Below are positions 13,031 through 25,659 of a DNA stretch of 57,717 nt, one piece after another. The DNA is from Octopus bimaculoides (Eukaryota). The notes under the pieces are model-generated. The model was not told where the DNA came from and made no database searches. It worked only from the letters and a program-made list of their open reading frames with translations. The translations under genes and the position numbers were made by a program. Where the stretch lies: assembly GCF_001194135.2 (NCBI RefSeq), contig NC_068982.1:13056777-13114493 (forward strand), given 5' to 3'. Numbering within the stretch: position 1 is the first letter of the stretch; each line of letters starts with the position of its first letter.

Positions 13031-13428
13031 GTCTTGCAAAACTAGTTTCGAATTTTATTATTTGGTTTCTGGAAACTTCACTTTCACACTTGGCCACTCA
13101 TGAATAGTTTAAAATTATCACACAAAACTAGTTTCAAAGTTTATAAATGGTCACGTGGTTACAAATTTTCAAAGCTAAAACTATATAACTCTGTGAAAAG
13201 ATACAGTAACCTAAGATATATTTTTAATTTTTGGTCACATTGAAATTCTCAAACTAGGATATTTGAAGGCATATGACATTCAACAAATTTTGAAACCCCA
13301 TGATTAAGGAGTTAACAATTCGATATCATTCCAACAATTTATTATTGTATCAAGAATATTTTAAATATAGCATAGTAGTACTTCAGTTTTCTCGAACAAA
13401 TCTGACCACGATATATATATATGTATGT

Positions 13429-13477
<49 letters not shown>

Positions 13478-16274
13478 ACAATTGATGAACTTAAAGCAGG
13501 TAGAATATTTGGGCCAAATATAGCCAGTTTAAATATTAAAGAGTTAAAATAGTAAGGTGTGATTTGAAGACTTTGGTTGCTATTCTTTCATTAAGTGTAC
13601 CAGCCATTAGCTTGAATAGAACTGATGTTTAGCAGCAACAACAATCAGATTTATGTTTTACATTGGAAAGCATAATAAAGACATCATGCTGTGGTGTTTT
13701 GCCCAATATGTGCTTCAAGTTTATTTCTTATGCTTCTTTATAGATCACATTTTTAAACTGAATTTATGGAATAATATTTTTTGTTGAATACACAGTAAAA
13801 TATGTGAGAGTAAATAAATTGCTTTTTTTTTTAATGTCTTTCCAAATCAAAGTTTGGACTGGCACCTTAGCAAAGATACATTAATCAATTACTTCAACCA
13901 TAAACCATACTAGATTGAAAAAGCAAGGAAATATAATGCTGACATTAAGGATCTGGCAGCTACAGTAATGACTATACTTCATTCAGGAAATCAAATAAGA
14001 CCAAAACGTTTTTTGCTGTCATTGTACTTGTACAAGATCAGAATAATTTAACATTAGGCTTTGTGCATATGTTTTGTTCTTTATCACATGCCTGATTCCA
14101 CTTTGGATTAATTGAAGATTTTATGCAGTCAACCCATTTTGATCATCTGAGAATTTATTATTGATATCTGGAATTGTTGCCCTTCCATGTTTTGAGCAGA
14201 TTTGAACAAGGGCTTAGAGTTTACTTCTCCTTTGGTAAGCCTTAATTAATTTGTTTTTCTGTGCTGGCTGTATTAAATATATTAATGCGTACTTTATTAA
14301 TTGTTTTCCACATACATAGCACTCCTGAATAATTTTGCTGATCATTATGTAAGTTAAAGCATTAGAGGTTTGTAATATATAAGTGGATTTCTTTTTTTTT
14401 TTTTATTAACAAAAGACACAAAACTCCATGCTTCACACCAGGTATTTACTATCCTACAATAGGTACAGATCACCACTGTAATTAGTGGTTGTGAGTAAGT
14501 AATGGTATATTAGCTTGGACTGTTTTTTCAAAGTCTTTCTCTGGACGAAATATATACTAGAATGGCATCCTATCAAGAAAGTGAGGTATTTATGAACTAC
14601 TTAAATGCCAGGAACAGAGTCTGGATGTTCTCTATCACCTTACAACAATTTTCAATAACATACATGGGGTAAAAATACAAAAAAATAAAATGAAATAAAA
14701 TAAAACTCTCAAATTTAAATAGCTATCTTTTCTACTTTATTGGAAAGGGGATGACATTTAAATGTTCAGTTGCAAAACACATGACTTGACAATTCATGCA
14801 CATATCCTAATTTATGCAAGAACTATTCAACCCATGTTAGCATGGAGAAAAAGATTGGATGTAATAATGTTAAAGAAGAAAAACTGTAATCTGCATGTGT
14901 AAAGGTTATAGATATGATAAAATAAAGAAATTATTTGCATAACATAGCCCAAAATAGTCTCTATTATTGATTACCATCTTTTAATGCAATAAAGGCAGAA
15001 AATTGTTCATAAAACTTCTATTCTGATCAATTACTACAGCTAGTTGTGGCATGAGGAAAGCAGTTTAAGTGTTTGGCAAATTGCTCAGCCATTCACTTCA
15101 AATGCTGTTGATGCATGAAAAAAAAAATGCTTTCATTGAAAGTGCATAGAACTAAAGATTTTATGACTGCATGAGGTTGAAGCTAATATATTCTTCAACA
15201 GCAATGAGAATTTAAACTGCTGTTGACACTTCGTAAATTACCATATAGTTGTAAGAGTTAATTTGTCATAAATACTTTAACAGAATACATAAATGTAGAG
15301 CTTCTTGTAACAAATGCTATCATTAAAATAGATGAAAGATAAATATAATGTATTATATCATTGATTGTCAGTATTAAATGAAAAGTCTACAGGTTTTTCT
15401 TAATGTGTGATCCTTTCTGCTAAAGATAATAAAAATTGTAATTGCAATTCATGTCTCATACTAAATGGATATTTTTGTGGCTGAAATAGTAATATTCCAG
15501 ACTATATGCTCTGTAGTGTTTAGTTTCATCCTTCTAAATTCTGAATTCAGACTTGCTATGGTTGACGTTGCCATTTATATGTCTGGTTTAAATAAACATC
15601 AGAAATATGATGAGGTCATTTCAATTAACTGTCTTCTTTCCTGAAAAGATTGAACTCGAGTTTAATAAAATTAAATCAATATTATAGCATTATGCAAAGA
15701 TTCAAGTGACAAACAAATTACTATAAAATCAAATGTCTTCCTATTGAATTCCAGTAAACAATTCTTGACAAGTAACTTACACCGAAATATATTTCTTTAA
15801 ACACAATTTCTTTCACAAAAGAGCAAGAATTATTTCTGGCATCAAGATTCATCATTCAAATGATGTTACTTGGCTAAAGATTCAGACAAAGCTTGATTGA
15901 AAGTAGTTAAAATTTTATACAAGGAGTCTAAAATATAGAACTATAAGTCTGCTCATCCGTAAATGATACAAACATAAACTGTTGGATGTGAAATGAAAAA
16001 GGTGAGCAGAAATGAGGAAAGACAGTAAAAATAGAGAGAGAGAGCAAAGAATTATATCAAGTGGTTAGAAGAGAAGCTTGATGTCAGGTCTATATAGCAA
16101 AGAGAAAAACAGAAAGGATGAATCTTGTCAATGCTCTACAGTATGAGGATCAGAGGCAGGAAATGTTCTGGATTTCAAAGCAATGTATTATAGAAAATTC
16201 AGATGTTATGAGTAAGATGTGTATATAGAAGAACAATGGCCCATTTGTACTTAGTAATTCTGAAAAGAAAGAGA

Positions 16275-16432
16275 TGCAGAAGGCTATTACATGTGGAGAC
16301 TACATGGAAGAGAGAGTTTCTTCCTAATGTTGGCCCAGCAGATGAACCAGACTCTCTAATAGGCAGTAATATGATAGTTGAAACAATTAAAGATAAGAGG
16401 ACATAGAAAGACCCTAGCTCACCAGGAATTTG
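16275..16432 (+). mobile_element. Decayed LINE ORF2 fragment just upstream of RT (RTE-like)
   Basis: RRLLHVETTWKREFLPNVGPADEPDSLIGSNMIVETIKDKRT*KDPSSPGI resembles the LLNVEN.W..LP.V.P...I...V..AIK.MK.GKAPGPxGI pre-RT block. Confidence 0.55.
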
Positions 16433-16436
16433 TGGC

Positions 16437-16810
16437 CCTCCATTGGTTATGATGATGAGGGTTCCAGTTGATCCAATCAATGGAATAGCCTGCTTGTGAA
16501 ATTAATGTGCAAGTGGCTGAGCATCCCACAGACACATGTACCCTTAACGTAGTTCTCGGGAAGATTCAGCATGACAAAAAGTGTGACAAGGCTGACTCTT
16601 TGAAATACAGGTACAACAGAAACAGGAAGAAAGAGTGAGAGAAAGTTGTGAAAGAATACAGCAGGGTTCACCACCACCTCCTGCCAGAGCCTCATGGAGC
16701 TTTAGGTGTTTTTGCTGTTAAAACACTCACAACGCCTGGTCTGGGAATTGAAACTACAATCCTATGACTATGAGTCCGCTGCCTCAGCTACTGGGCCATT
16801 GCACCTCCAC
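16437..16810 (-). mobile_element. tRNA-headed SINE, family E, full length
   Basis: Minus head GTGGAGGTGCAATGGCCCAGTAGCTGAGGC...GTTTCAATTCCCAG; 3' tail shared with 23752-24052 and 50245-50572. Confidence 0.8.
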
Positions 16811-17784
16811 TACCAGGAATTACCACTGGAATGTTTAAAATATCTGCTGGAGTAGAATACAGTTTTAGTATTCAGATTAGCCATTTACTGTTAGTTCTAT
16901 TTCACTGCTACTGTTACTTCGTATCATCTTCTCCCTCCCCATATTTCCTGTTTATCATACCCTCATCCTTATTTATCATTCATTGTATTCCCCTGTACTC
17001 CTCATCTCAAATCCTCTCTCATTCATTTCCCACACTCTTGCAAGCCTTTACACATGCATCCTTCCCAATTTTCTGTCCCTACTGTCTCTTTTATTCATCT
17101 TGTACCTTGATATACTAAACCACCTCATCACCACCATTTTTATTTCTCCCTTCGGCTCCACCACATCTAATATGACCTTCCTTTTCCAAGATAATACAAT
17201 GCAACATGAGGGAGATCTGGATACTATTTGTAAAATTCATTAGAACATGTGGAGGCTCCTTTGATGGTTTGTTAGGATATTCTGTAGCAGCAGTTTTTCT
17301 GAAGAATTGTATGGTAATAGTATAATAACTAGTACTTACATTGTATATGACTATTCACCCTTTAATATAAACATTTGTATTTGATATTTCTGACTGTATG
17401 GTCGTGACAAATGAGGAGTAAAGAGAATATATCTAAAATGGAATGGTTAGCAAAGAATGAAGTAATTGTGATTGCTTGGACATGTAATTTTCTAACATGT
17501 AATAAAAATTCTTTGAAATATAAATTAACACGTCTTATGTAAGAGAATACAGAATATTGAATAGTCTCGATGTAGATTAGATGATAGTCATTTTATCAGT
17601 TATGAAATGTATATGGCTAAAAGAATATGTGGAGTGAAGTAATTATGATTGACAATAGAGAATTTGGTTGACATAAGAAATGGAAAAGTGAATGTGAATC
17701 ATTCATAAGGATAATTCGGTGAGATGGAGAAACGGAAAGAAAAAGCAATTCTGTTAACTATCTAACCTATACTCATTGATGCAT

Positions 17785-18250
17785 ATGTACATGTACAAGT
17801 TCGTACATAACACACTTGCACACACATACACACAAACACACAGAAGCACACACACATGCACATACACTCACGTATACATGCATGCATGCACACAAACATA
17901 TGCACACATACACATGCACACACATGCATGAATGCTCACACACACACACATGCACACGCACACACATACACATGCACACACACATATACACACATGTGTG
18001 CACATGCACACATGCACACATGCACATACACACATGCACACACATGCACATACACACATATGCACACACACATATGCATGCACACACACACATGCATGCA
18101 CATCTGCACACACACATACATACACATACACATGCACACACACATACACACACATGCACATACACACATACATATACACACACACATACATACACACATG
18201 TGCACACACACACAAACATATGCACACTTACACATGCATGCACACACACA
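17785..18250. repeat. Cryptic CA/TG minisatellite (CACACACATG-type units)
   Basis: About 465 bp of alternating purine-pyrimidine sequence. Confidence 0.9.
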
Positions 18251-18560
18251 TTAGAATTATATTTGTCCGACAAGTGATTTGATCTGAGACCATGTGTTGA
18301 AACTAAATCAATTAAAGTCTAGAAGACATATTAGACATTTATAAACATACAAAAGTACCTAACTTTACTTAACGATTTGTTATACAGTGTTAAAATTTAT
18401 CCCATTATCAGCAACATAGTCAGTGATACAGTTCTATTGCAATTGGTCTTAGACAAGGCTGTTGCCCAGCGTATATAGGCCTCTGTGTTTTCAGCATACA
18501 TACATATATATATTTGTTCACTTTACTGGATAGAGAATTGCATGTCATTCTCCCACTGGT

Positions 18561-18734
18561 GCCAGCTATCCTGAGGGAAACTTCAGAGGGAACCAACTAC
18601 TTGACAGTTCGATTGGTTTTTCACCCCTACACCTGGTTCTGATGATCGATTTGCACGTCAGAGGTGCTTTGGACTTCCACCTGAGTTTCCTCTAGATTAA
18701 TCCTGGCCAGGCATGGATTGCCATTTTTGGGTCT
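18561..18734 (-). pseudogene. 28S: 28S (LSU) rRNA pseudogene fragment, conserved core 3' of D3
   Basis: Colinear with the reverse complement of the eukaryotic LSU segment GGACCCGAAAGATGGTGAACTATGCC...TTCCCTCAGGATAGCTGG. Contains TCCTGAGGGAAACTTC (LR5 primer site, 18569-84) and CGATTTGCACGTCAG; many CpG-decay-type changes. Confidence 0.9.
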
Positions 18735-19120
18735 CCGGCTGCCTGCTACACCTGAGTTGGAGCAGGAATGCAAATGTGTGGAAACTTGAGTGCGAACATG
18801 CAGACCTGACCTGGGAATGATGCCTTGAAGTGCATATAAATTTTAAAATAAGTGAATAAATTTACATGTAAAAGCCATATGTGAAAACTATGCATCATGT
18901 ACATTGAGTTCAGGTACCGAATGGAGGAGTGACAAATAAAGAGATAAAAATTCGAGGTAAGGGCTTCCAAAAGGAACTATTCGAATCAATTAAGAATTTG
19001 ATGTTTATATGAAATGTCAGATGAGAGTTCAAAATTTTAAAATTCAGGGGTAAATTGGTAGATAAATAGGTAGATAAAATAAATATATACAGATTCGGGT
19101 GAATTCAGGTAAAGGATATT

Positions 19121-19209
19121 ATCTACAGCCGTTTCAGGGGTACAATAAATCTATAAATAATGTTTTAAGTATTCCAAATACAGAAACATAATGCCTCCCA
19201 CATCAGGAT
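19121..19209 (-). ncRNA. Decayed type I hammerhead (A9 lost or substituted) in a PLE terminal repeat
   Basis: Minus strand reads ATC-CTGATG(T)-GGGAG...long insert...CCCC-T-GAAA-CGGCTG-TA-GAT; same architecture as 2779-2863. Confidence 0.65.
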
Positions 19210-19393
19210 GGTTTCCTTCATGATGAAATCCTACATAATAATAATAATTTGATAGATTAAAAAAGGAGAACTTTTATTTTTTTTTAATAAATTTTCAAAG
19301 CTCATATGCAAATGATAATATACTGGCAAGAATGGAAGGATCTAAAGTTCATAGTTAAGAATTCAAATATTAATGAGATAGGTTTTAATAGAT

Positions 19394-19627
19394 TTAGTTA
19401 ACGGATCTAATTCTACGTTTAATTTTTCTCCTATTTATTGAGGCTATTATGGCTCCTAAATTCGGTGTTACAGAATATGAACATTTTACAGAGGATTTAA
19501 TGCATATGGCATGATATTTATGGTGTTTAGGGAAATTTAATTGTAGAATTTTAAAGAACAGTTTAGGTAAATTTCTAACCCTGAGTGAGAAAGAATGGAA
19601 GAACCACACAACCTCACGTATTCTAGG
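19394..19627 (-). mobile_element. Penelope-like element ORF fragment (RT-thumb/GIY-YIG linker)
   Basis: PRIREVVWFFHSFSLRVRNLPKLFFKILQLNFPKHHKYHAICIKSSVKCSYSVTPNLGAIIASINRRKI matches the PLE motif WFNPPFS.NV.TN.GK.F..L...HFP..HK.HKIFN.NTVK.SYSC..N...II..HN. Confidence 0.85.
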
Positions 19628-19946
19628 TTTATAATTACTGGATATATTAGTATTTTCAGTTTATAGTTATATTTACTACAATTATTATAATGTTTATGGT
19701 TTCTTGAACATGATCTCCCCAATGTCCATGGATACTACAGACTGAACTGTAATCATCTCAGGAATATGGGCTATGGTATTAAGAAACATGTAATTTGTGG
19801 AACGAAATTAAGGGATATGTATATATATATATTTATACACGCAAAATTAATTTTGTATGTAATATAATTTTTAATCTTTGGATTTTTTAAATATTCTAAG
19901 CCACTGGTTTTAATAGATCAATATCAATTTCTACCCTCATTATTTA

Positions 19947-20020
<74 letters not shown>

Positions 20021-20029
20021 TGTGTGTGT

Positions 20030-20238
20030 ATCTTTGTGTTAGTGTTTGCCTCCACCACTACTTGACAACCGGTGTCAGTGTGTTTACATCCCCATAACTA
20101 GATAGTTAAGTATAAGAGACAAATAGAATAAGTACAAGCTGAAAAAGAAATAAGTACTAGGGTCGATTAGTTTGAATTGAAAGTCTCCAAGGTGGTGCTC
20201 CAGCATGGCCACAATCTAATGACTGAAAGAAGTAAAAG
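20030..20238 (+). mobile_element. SINE family A, 3' half
   Basis: CTTGACAACCGGTGTCAGTGTGTTTACATCCCCATAAC...GGTGCTCCAGCATGGCCACAATCTAATGACTGAAA. Confidence 0.8.
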
Positions 20239-20513
20239 GATAAAGATAATGCAACATTGATATCATTATTTCATTCTGATGAAGAGGCCAAGAAATGGGT
20301 CTTCCAACATTAATGCACTAAGTGATTTAAGCACGCTTTTCTTCTAAATTAAACATAAAAGCTAATGAGGAAATATGCAAAGTTTAGCAAAAAAATTGCT
20401 TAGACTTAATCACAGCTGTGCCTTCAATATAACATGTTGAAAGAAAAACTGCTTCTCACTTATGCACACATACATACACAGAAATACACATATAGCTGCA
20501 CACAGATAGGCAC

Positions 20514-20570
<57 letters not shown>

Positions 20571-21176
20571 CATCCATATATAATTGCTAGCAAGATATCT
20601 ATTTGTATAATTGTATACTGGGGTATATAACTGTATATTAAAAATATTTATATCCATCTCACATGTATTATATACAAACAGACACAAACATAAATATAAG
20701 GATATCTAAATATATAAAAAAAAAAAAATATATATATATATATGTATTCACGTATATATGAAGATATATCTAGCCACTCAACACACATATATGTGCATGC
20801 ATGTGTGATGAATGTATATATATACCATACATACAGACAAATACCTGTTTTATTATTTTTTAAGTAGTTTTTCAATTTTCTCTCTTTCTTATATGCTTCT
20901 TGCTCGTCTAATATCCTTGAGGCATCATTTCACACCATGAAATTGCAAAAGAATGTTTCATATTTCAGAAGAGCAATATTAGAATCTCAAAATTGAGTTT
21001 CTACTCACATTTCATATACTTTCGTGCAGACACATACAAATACCAAAAAACACCACCACCCCAACACAATATATAGATCTCTCTCGACTACATTAACACA
21101 CAAGATTATATATATACATATATGCATATGCACATACACATGCATATAAATACATATCTATCTATCTATCTATCTA

Positions 21177-21211
<35 letters not shown>

Positions 21212-21949
21212 NNNNNNNNNNNNNNNNNNNNNNNNNNNNNNNNNNNNNNNNNNNNNNNNNNNNNNNNNNNNNNNNNNNNNNNNNNNNNNNNNNNNNNNNN
21301 NNNNNNNNNNNNNNNNNNNNNNNNNNNNNNNNNNNNNNNNNNNNNNNNNNNNNNNNNNNNNNNNNNNNNNNNNNNNNNNNNNNNNNNNNNNNNNNNNNNN
21401 NNNNNNNNNNNNNNNNNATACATATACACACACAGATGATTTAGTGCTTACACCAAAACATGGAATTACAGGAAGGAACAATGAAAATACTAATAAATTT
21501 TTTTTCTGCAATATATCTTCATAATCTTTTATTTTGTTGCATTTAGTTTAATTTAAAATTCTTTCTTTATCGATATAGTTTACTGTTGGTTTTGGATAAC
21601 ATTTAATATCGAAACTGTATTCACTTTTATATTAACAACTTAGAAACTGTATTATTTTTATCACATGACACGTAAATAAATAAACATCTTCTAAACACCA
21701 AATGTATTTTAAAGGTTGATGCTTAACTCACGCTGTTTTTATAGCATTAAATATTGAAGATATACATTCCGTACACAGAATACTGGATTATTGCAGGTAA
21801 CATTCCCAGATCATTCAACATTATGTCAAAATTCACACAGCAACAATTCCTGTGAATTTGAAATAGAGATTTATGAGCAGGTATTTTGATATATACAATC
21901 TCATTCTTCAACACTTTTCTTATCATATTTCTGTAGACATAGACTGCTT

Positions 21950-22446
21950 TCTTTTATTCTATTATTCTTTTATTATTTTACTTGTTTCAGTCATTTGATT
22001 ATGGCCATGCTGGAGCAAGAAATCTACCCCAGGACGTATTCTTTTTGAGCCTAGTACTTATTCTATTGGTATCTTTTTGCTGAATTGCTAAGTTACAGGG
22101 GCCACAGACTGTTGTGTCGACGCCCCCAGACGATGAAGTAGGCTAGCCCAATACGTAGATATAGAGGGAGAAGTCTAGACGTTGCGTAGTTGAATAGAGG
22201 TCATCCGAATGTGCGATATAACATAAACACAGCAACATTGGTTGTCAAGTGATGGTAGAGAGACAAACATATACATATATAGGACAGGCTTCTTTCAGTT
22301 TCCATCAACCAAATCCACTCACAAGGCTTTGGTCAGCCCGAGGCTGTAGTAGAGGACACTTACCCAAGGTGCCATGCAGTGAGACTGAACCCAGAACCAT
22401 GCAGTTGGGAAGCAAACTTCTTACCACAGCCACACCTGCGCCTATA
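21950..22446 (-). mobile_element. SINE family A, full length, interrupted by a 114-bp insert
   Basis: Colinear with 49300-49763 on both sides of 22110-22223. Confidence 0.85.
22110..22223. mobile_element. 114-bp TGT...ACA insert, probable miniature solo LTR
   Basis: Termini TGTTGTGTCG / CGATATAACA (8/10 inverted match); CpG-rich; absent from other family A copies. Confidence 0.5.
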
Positions 22447-22524
22447 TGAATTAATTTTGAAAATAATGAGGAAGTTAGTAAAATAATTCTACCATTATTA
22501 AGTTATTGTTTAGAATATGAATTG

Positions 22525-22715
22525 GTTTCAAATTTTGGCACAAGGCCAGCAATTTTAGGGGAAGGAGTAATTCAATTACATTGACCCAGTGTTCAACTGG
22601 AACTTATTTTATTGACCCTGAAATGATGAAAAGGCTATGTCAACCTCGGCAGAGTTTGAACTCAGAACAAAGATGAATGACATACTGCTAAACATTTAGA
22701 CTGATGTACTAATGA
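22525..22715 (-). mobile_element. SINE family C, diverged
   Basis: TTGGCACAAGGCCAGCAATTTT...TTGACCC...GTCAACCTCGGCAGAGTTTGAACTCAGAAC. Confidence 0.75.
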
Positions 22716-23267
22716 TTCTGTCAGGTCACTGCCTTATTTCTCGAACATAAATTATAATGAAATTTTAATAGAAGGTTTTAATTGAGATTACTTTGAAACA
22801 GGAAGTTTTTATCATAGAATCAGGAGTTAATCACAGGTGGGTTGATATCAAATCGTTTAATATGTGGTTTTTCTTTCTAACAGAAAAATTAAACTCATAT
22901 GTATAATGCCATAAAACAGCAGCAACATAAGCATCAACTTGTCAGATCTGTTTGGTGCTGAGAAGGCACTTATTTATATATATATCATCATCATCATCAT
23001 CATCATCATTTAATGTCCTCCTTCCATGCTGGCATGGCTTGGACGGTTCGTCAAGAACTGGCCAGGTGGGAGTCTGTGCCATGCCTCTGAGTGTTTTGGT
23101 TTGGTTTTTACAGCTTGATGCCATAGTGATGAAAATAAAATAGTTTTTTAAGCTCTTAATATAAAGGTGAATATAGTTCTAATGCTTAAATGCTGTCCAT
23201 AACAAATGGTAAAATATATCACCAAGGAAGGAATTTGAGACTGCAAGCTAACAAAATACATTAGATG

Positions 23268-23748
23268 CAGGAGTGGATGTGTGGTAATTTGCTTTCTGAC
23301 CACATGGTTCTGGGTTCGATCCTACTTTGTGGCACCTTCGGCAAGTGTCTTCTGCTATAGCCTCAGGTTAACAACAGACTTGTGAGTAGACTTGGTAGAT
23401 GACTGGCTCCCATGCTGGTGGCACGTAAAAAGCTCCATTCAAGCATGGTCAATGCCAGTGCCATCTGACTGGCTCCTGTGCCAATGGCATGTAAAAAGCA
23501 CCATTCAAGTGTAGTTGTTGCCAGTCCTACCCCACTGGCCCTCCCCCCTGCTGGTGACAAGTAAAAAGCACCCACTACACTCTCAGAATGGTTAGCGGTT
23601 AGGAAGGACATCCAGCTGTAGAAACATTGCCAGATCAGATTGGAGCCTGGCGCAGCCTACTGACTTGCCAGTTCTCAGTCAAACCGTCCAACCCATGCCA
23701 GTATGGAAAGCAGATGTTAAACGATGGTGATGATGATGATGATGATGA
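23268..23748 (+). mobile_element. SINE with family A tRNA head, internal tandem repeats and family B (GAT)n tail
   Basis: Head GCAGGAGTGGATGTGTGGT...GGTTCGATCC; repeated GACTGGCTCC..TG...TGGCA..TAAAAAGC units; tail CCAACCCATGCCAG...GTTAAACGATG(GAT)n. Confidence 0.8.
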
Positions 23749-23751
23749 ATA

Positions 23752-24052
23752 CTGAAGGCATGTGGCTAAGTGGTTAGGCCATTCAGTTCAGGATCATGAG
23801 GGCATGAGTTCAATTCATGGTGGCACATTCTATCCTTGAGCAAGATAATTTTACATTACTCCAGTCCACTCAACTAGTAAAAGTGAGAAGGTCCAGCCTT
23901 GTCACATTCTGTACCATAGAGAATCTCCATGAGAACTACCATTAAGGGTTCATGTGCCTGTGGAGTGCTCAACCCCTTGCATTTTAATTTCATGTGGAGG
24001 CTATTCCAATAATTGAAACCTCTAGAACCTTATCATCATAACCAATGGAATG
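23752..24052 (+). mobile_element. SINE with D-like head/core and E-type tail (family F)
   Basis: TGGCTAAGTGGTTAGG...GAGTTCAATTC...TCCTTGAGCAAGAT, then CCAGCCTTGTCACATTCTG...TTAAGGG...TGTGGAGTGCTCA as in family E. Confidence 0.7.
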
Positions 24053-25276
24053 TCAGCTTTTACATTAAGAATATTCTATCAAGTAATGTTCCAAACACTC
24101 AGACAATAAATGAAAATACTAATTATTCTACTAAATCCTTCCATATTCTCGAATATTTTCATTATTGAAACACACACACGAAGGTAGGGTATTTCATTAG
24201 AAATATAGCTATGGAAGGTTAAAGGTGATACGTTTTCATTTATGAAGCATTTGGCTGCTATTTCTGCATAGAGACTTCATCATTGGCATCATTTACTCAT
24301 AAGTAGGTGTGCTAGCTACATTTAAATAATAAGTTTTGCTGCAATTTATAATTTAATGACTGTAAAAATGTTGTGATTTAAAGCTACAAAATCTTGAAAA
24401 GGAAATTTATTGACAAAATGTAAACAAATTTTGTTAATTATCTTTTAGATTACTACAAAAGTTAAACAGGTTTATTAATAGAAATATAGACACAAAGTAT
24501 CTTACAAAGTCATATATTTTTAATTTTCAGACATAACTTTTGATAGATATCTTTGTAACATTTGAAATTTATAATTTACATTTTGCAAAAGTTTAAAACA
24601 AAATGACAGTGTAGTTAAGCGAAATTCACCTTATAAACAACGAGTAAAAACACACCAAGCTGGACTATGAAAGATGTCATTGAATTGTCTGGCTACAAAA
24701 CATGAACACTTTCTGTAAAGCTTGGAAAACAGTTAGTTGATTGTTATACTTCTGTGTCGAAGGAAAAAGTGGTTCTTATATGAAATTGTTTAACTAATTT
24801 CCACCTGTATTTTGTCTTGCCCCTAATCAAGGTACTATATGCAGTTTAGTCCAGCTATTTTAGTCAGGAACTAGTTTCTGATTGATTTAAATAGCACTTC
24901 CTATGAATTCTCTTCTTACATAGAAGATGAGAGATATTTGATCTGAAAAGTGGCTAGTCTGCTATGAAACATATTATGACAATTTCCCTATTTTTCTTTT
25001 TGTGAAAAGAATAACAAGATGAATTCACATATTCTTTTATTCTTTTATTCTTTTACTTGTTTCAGTCATCTGACTGCAGCCATGCTGGAGCACCGCCTTT
25101 AGTGAAGCAAATCAGTCCCCCAGGACTTATTCTTTGTAAGCCAAGTACTTATTCTATCGGTCTCTTTTGCTGAACCGCTAATGTTACTTGTGCAGCTATC
25201 TGTCTCGCCAGTCCTCAGTCAAACCGTCCAACACATGCCAGCATGGAAATCAGACGTTAAACGATGATGATGATGT

Positions 25277-25617
25277 TTAAATGATGGTCTGACTGTCTGC
25301 CAAGCAAATGAGAAGCAGTAATTGAAGTAGATGGTGAATATGCTTCGGAATATTCATTTAAAGATGTTTTTGTTACATGTTGTTATTGTTTTTCATCATC
25401 ATCATCATCATCGTTTAACGTCCGCTTTCCATGCTAGCATGGGTTGGACGATTTGACTGAGGACTGGTGAAACCGGATGGCAACACCAGGCTCCAGTCTG
25501 ATTTGACAGAGTTTCTACAGCTGGATGCCCTTCCTAACGCCAACCACTCAGAGAGTGTAGTTTTTGTTGAATAAAATTTGTTAAAAAAAAAGCCTCAATA
25601 ATTATGCACCAACCCAA
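25277..25617 (+). mobile_element. Mariner-derived MITE, copy 1 (left arm missing; SINE B inserted)
   Basis: Homologous to 25745-25958; ends ...ATAATTATGCACCAACCCAA|TA. Confidence 0.8.
25394..25560 (-). mobile_element. Young 5'-truncated SINE B insertion with (G)TTTTT target duplication
   Basis: One mismatch in about 150 bp against 43691-43840; flanks GTTTTT 25388-93 and (G)TTTTT 25560-65 restore the MITE sequence. Confidence 0.9.
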
Positions 25618-25659
25618 TATATATATATATATATATGTATGTATATATATATGTATATA

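Noticed and set aside
8622-15855. Two minus-strand exon candidates (15781-15855 MMNLDARN...FG with GTAAGT donor; 8622-8741 VKSKVCLN...MPFI* with strong acceptor)
   Set aside because: They join to a 64-aa peptide with no recognisable homology and are unsupported without RNA data.
19240-19740. AT-rich stretch resembling a mitochondrial insertion (NUMT)
   Set aside because: No mitochondrial gene motif in any frame; the minus frame matches a Penelope linker instead.
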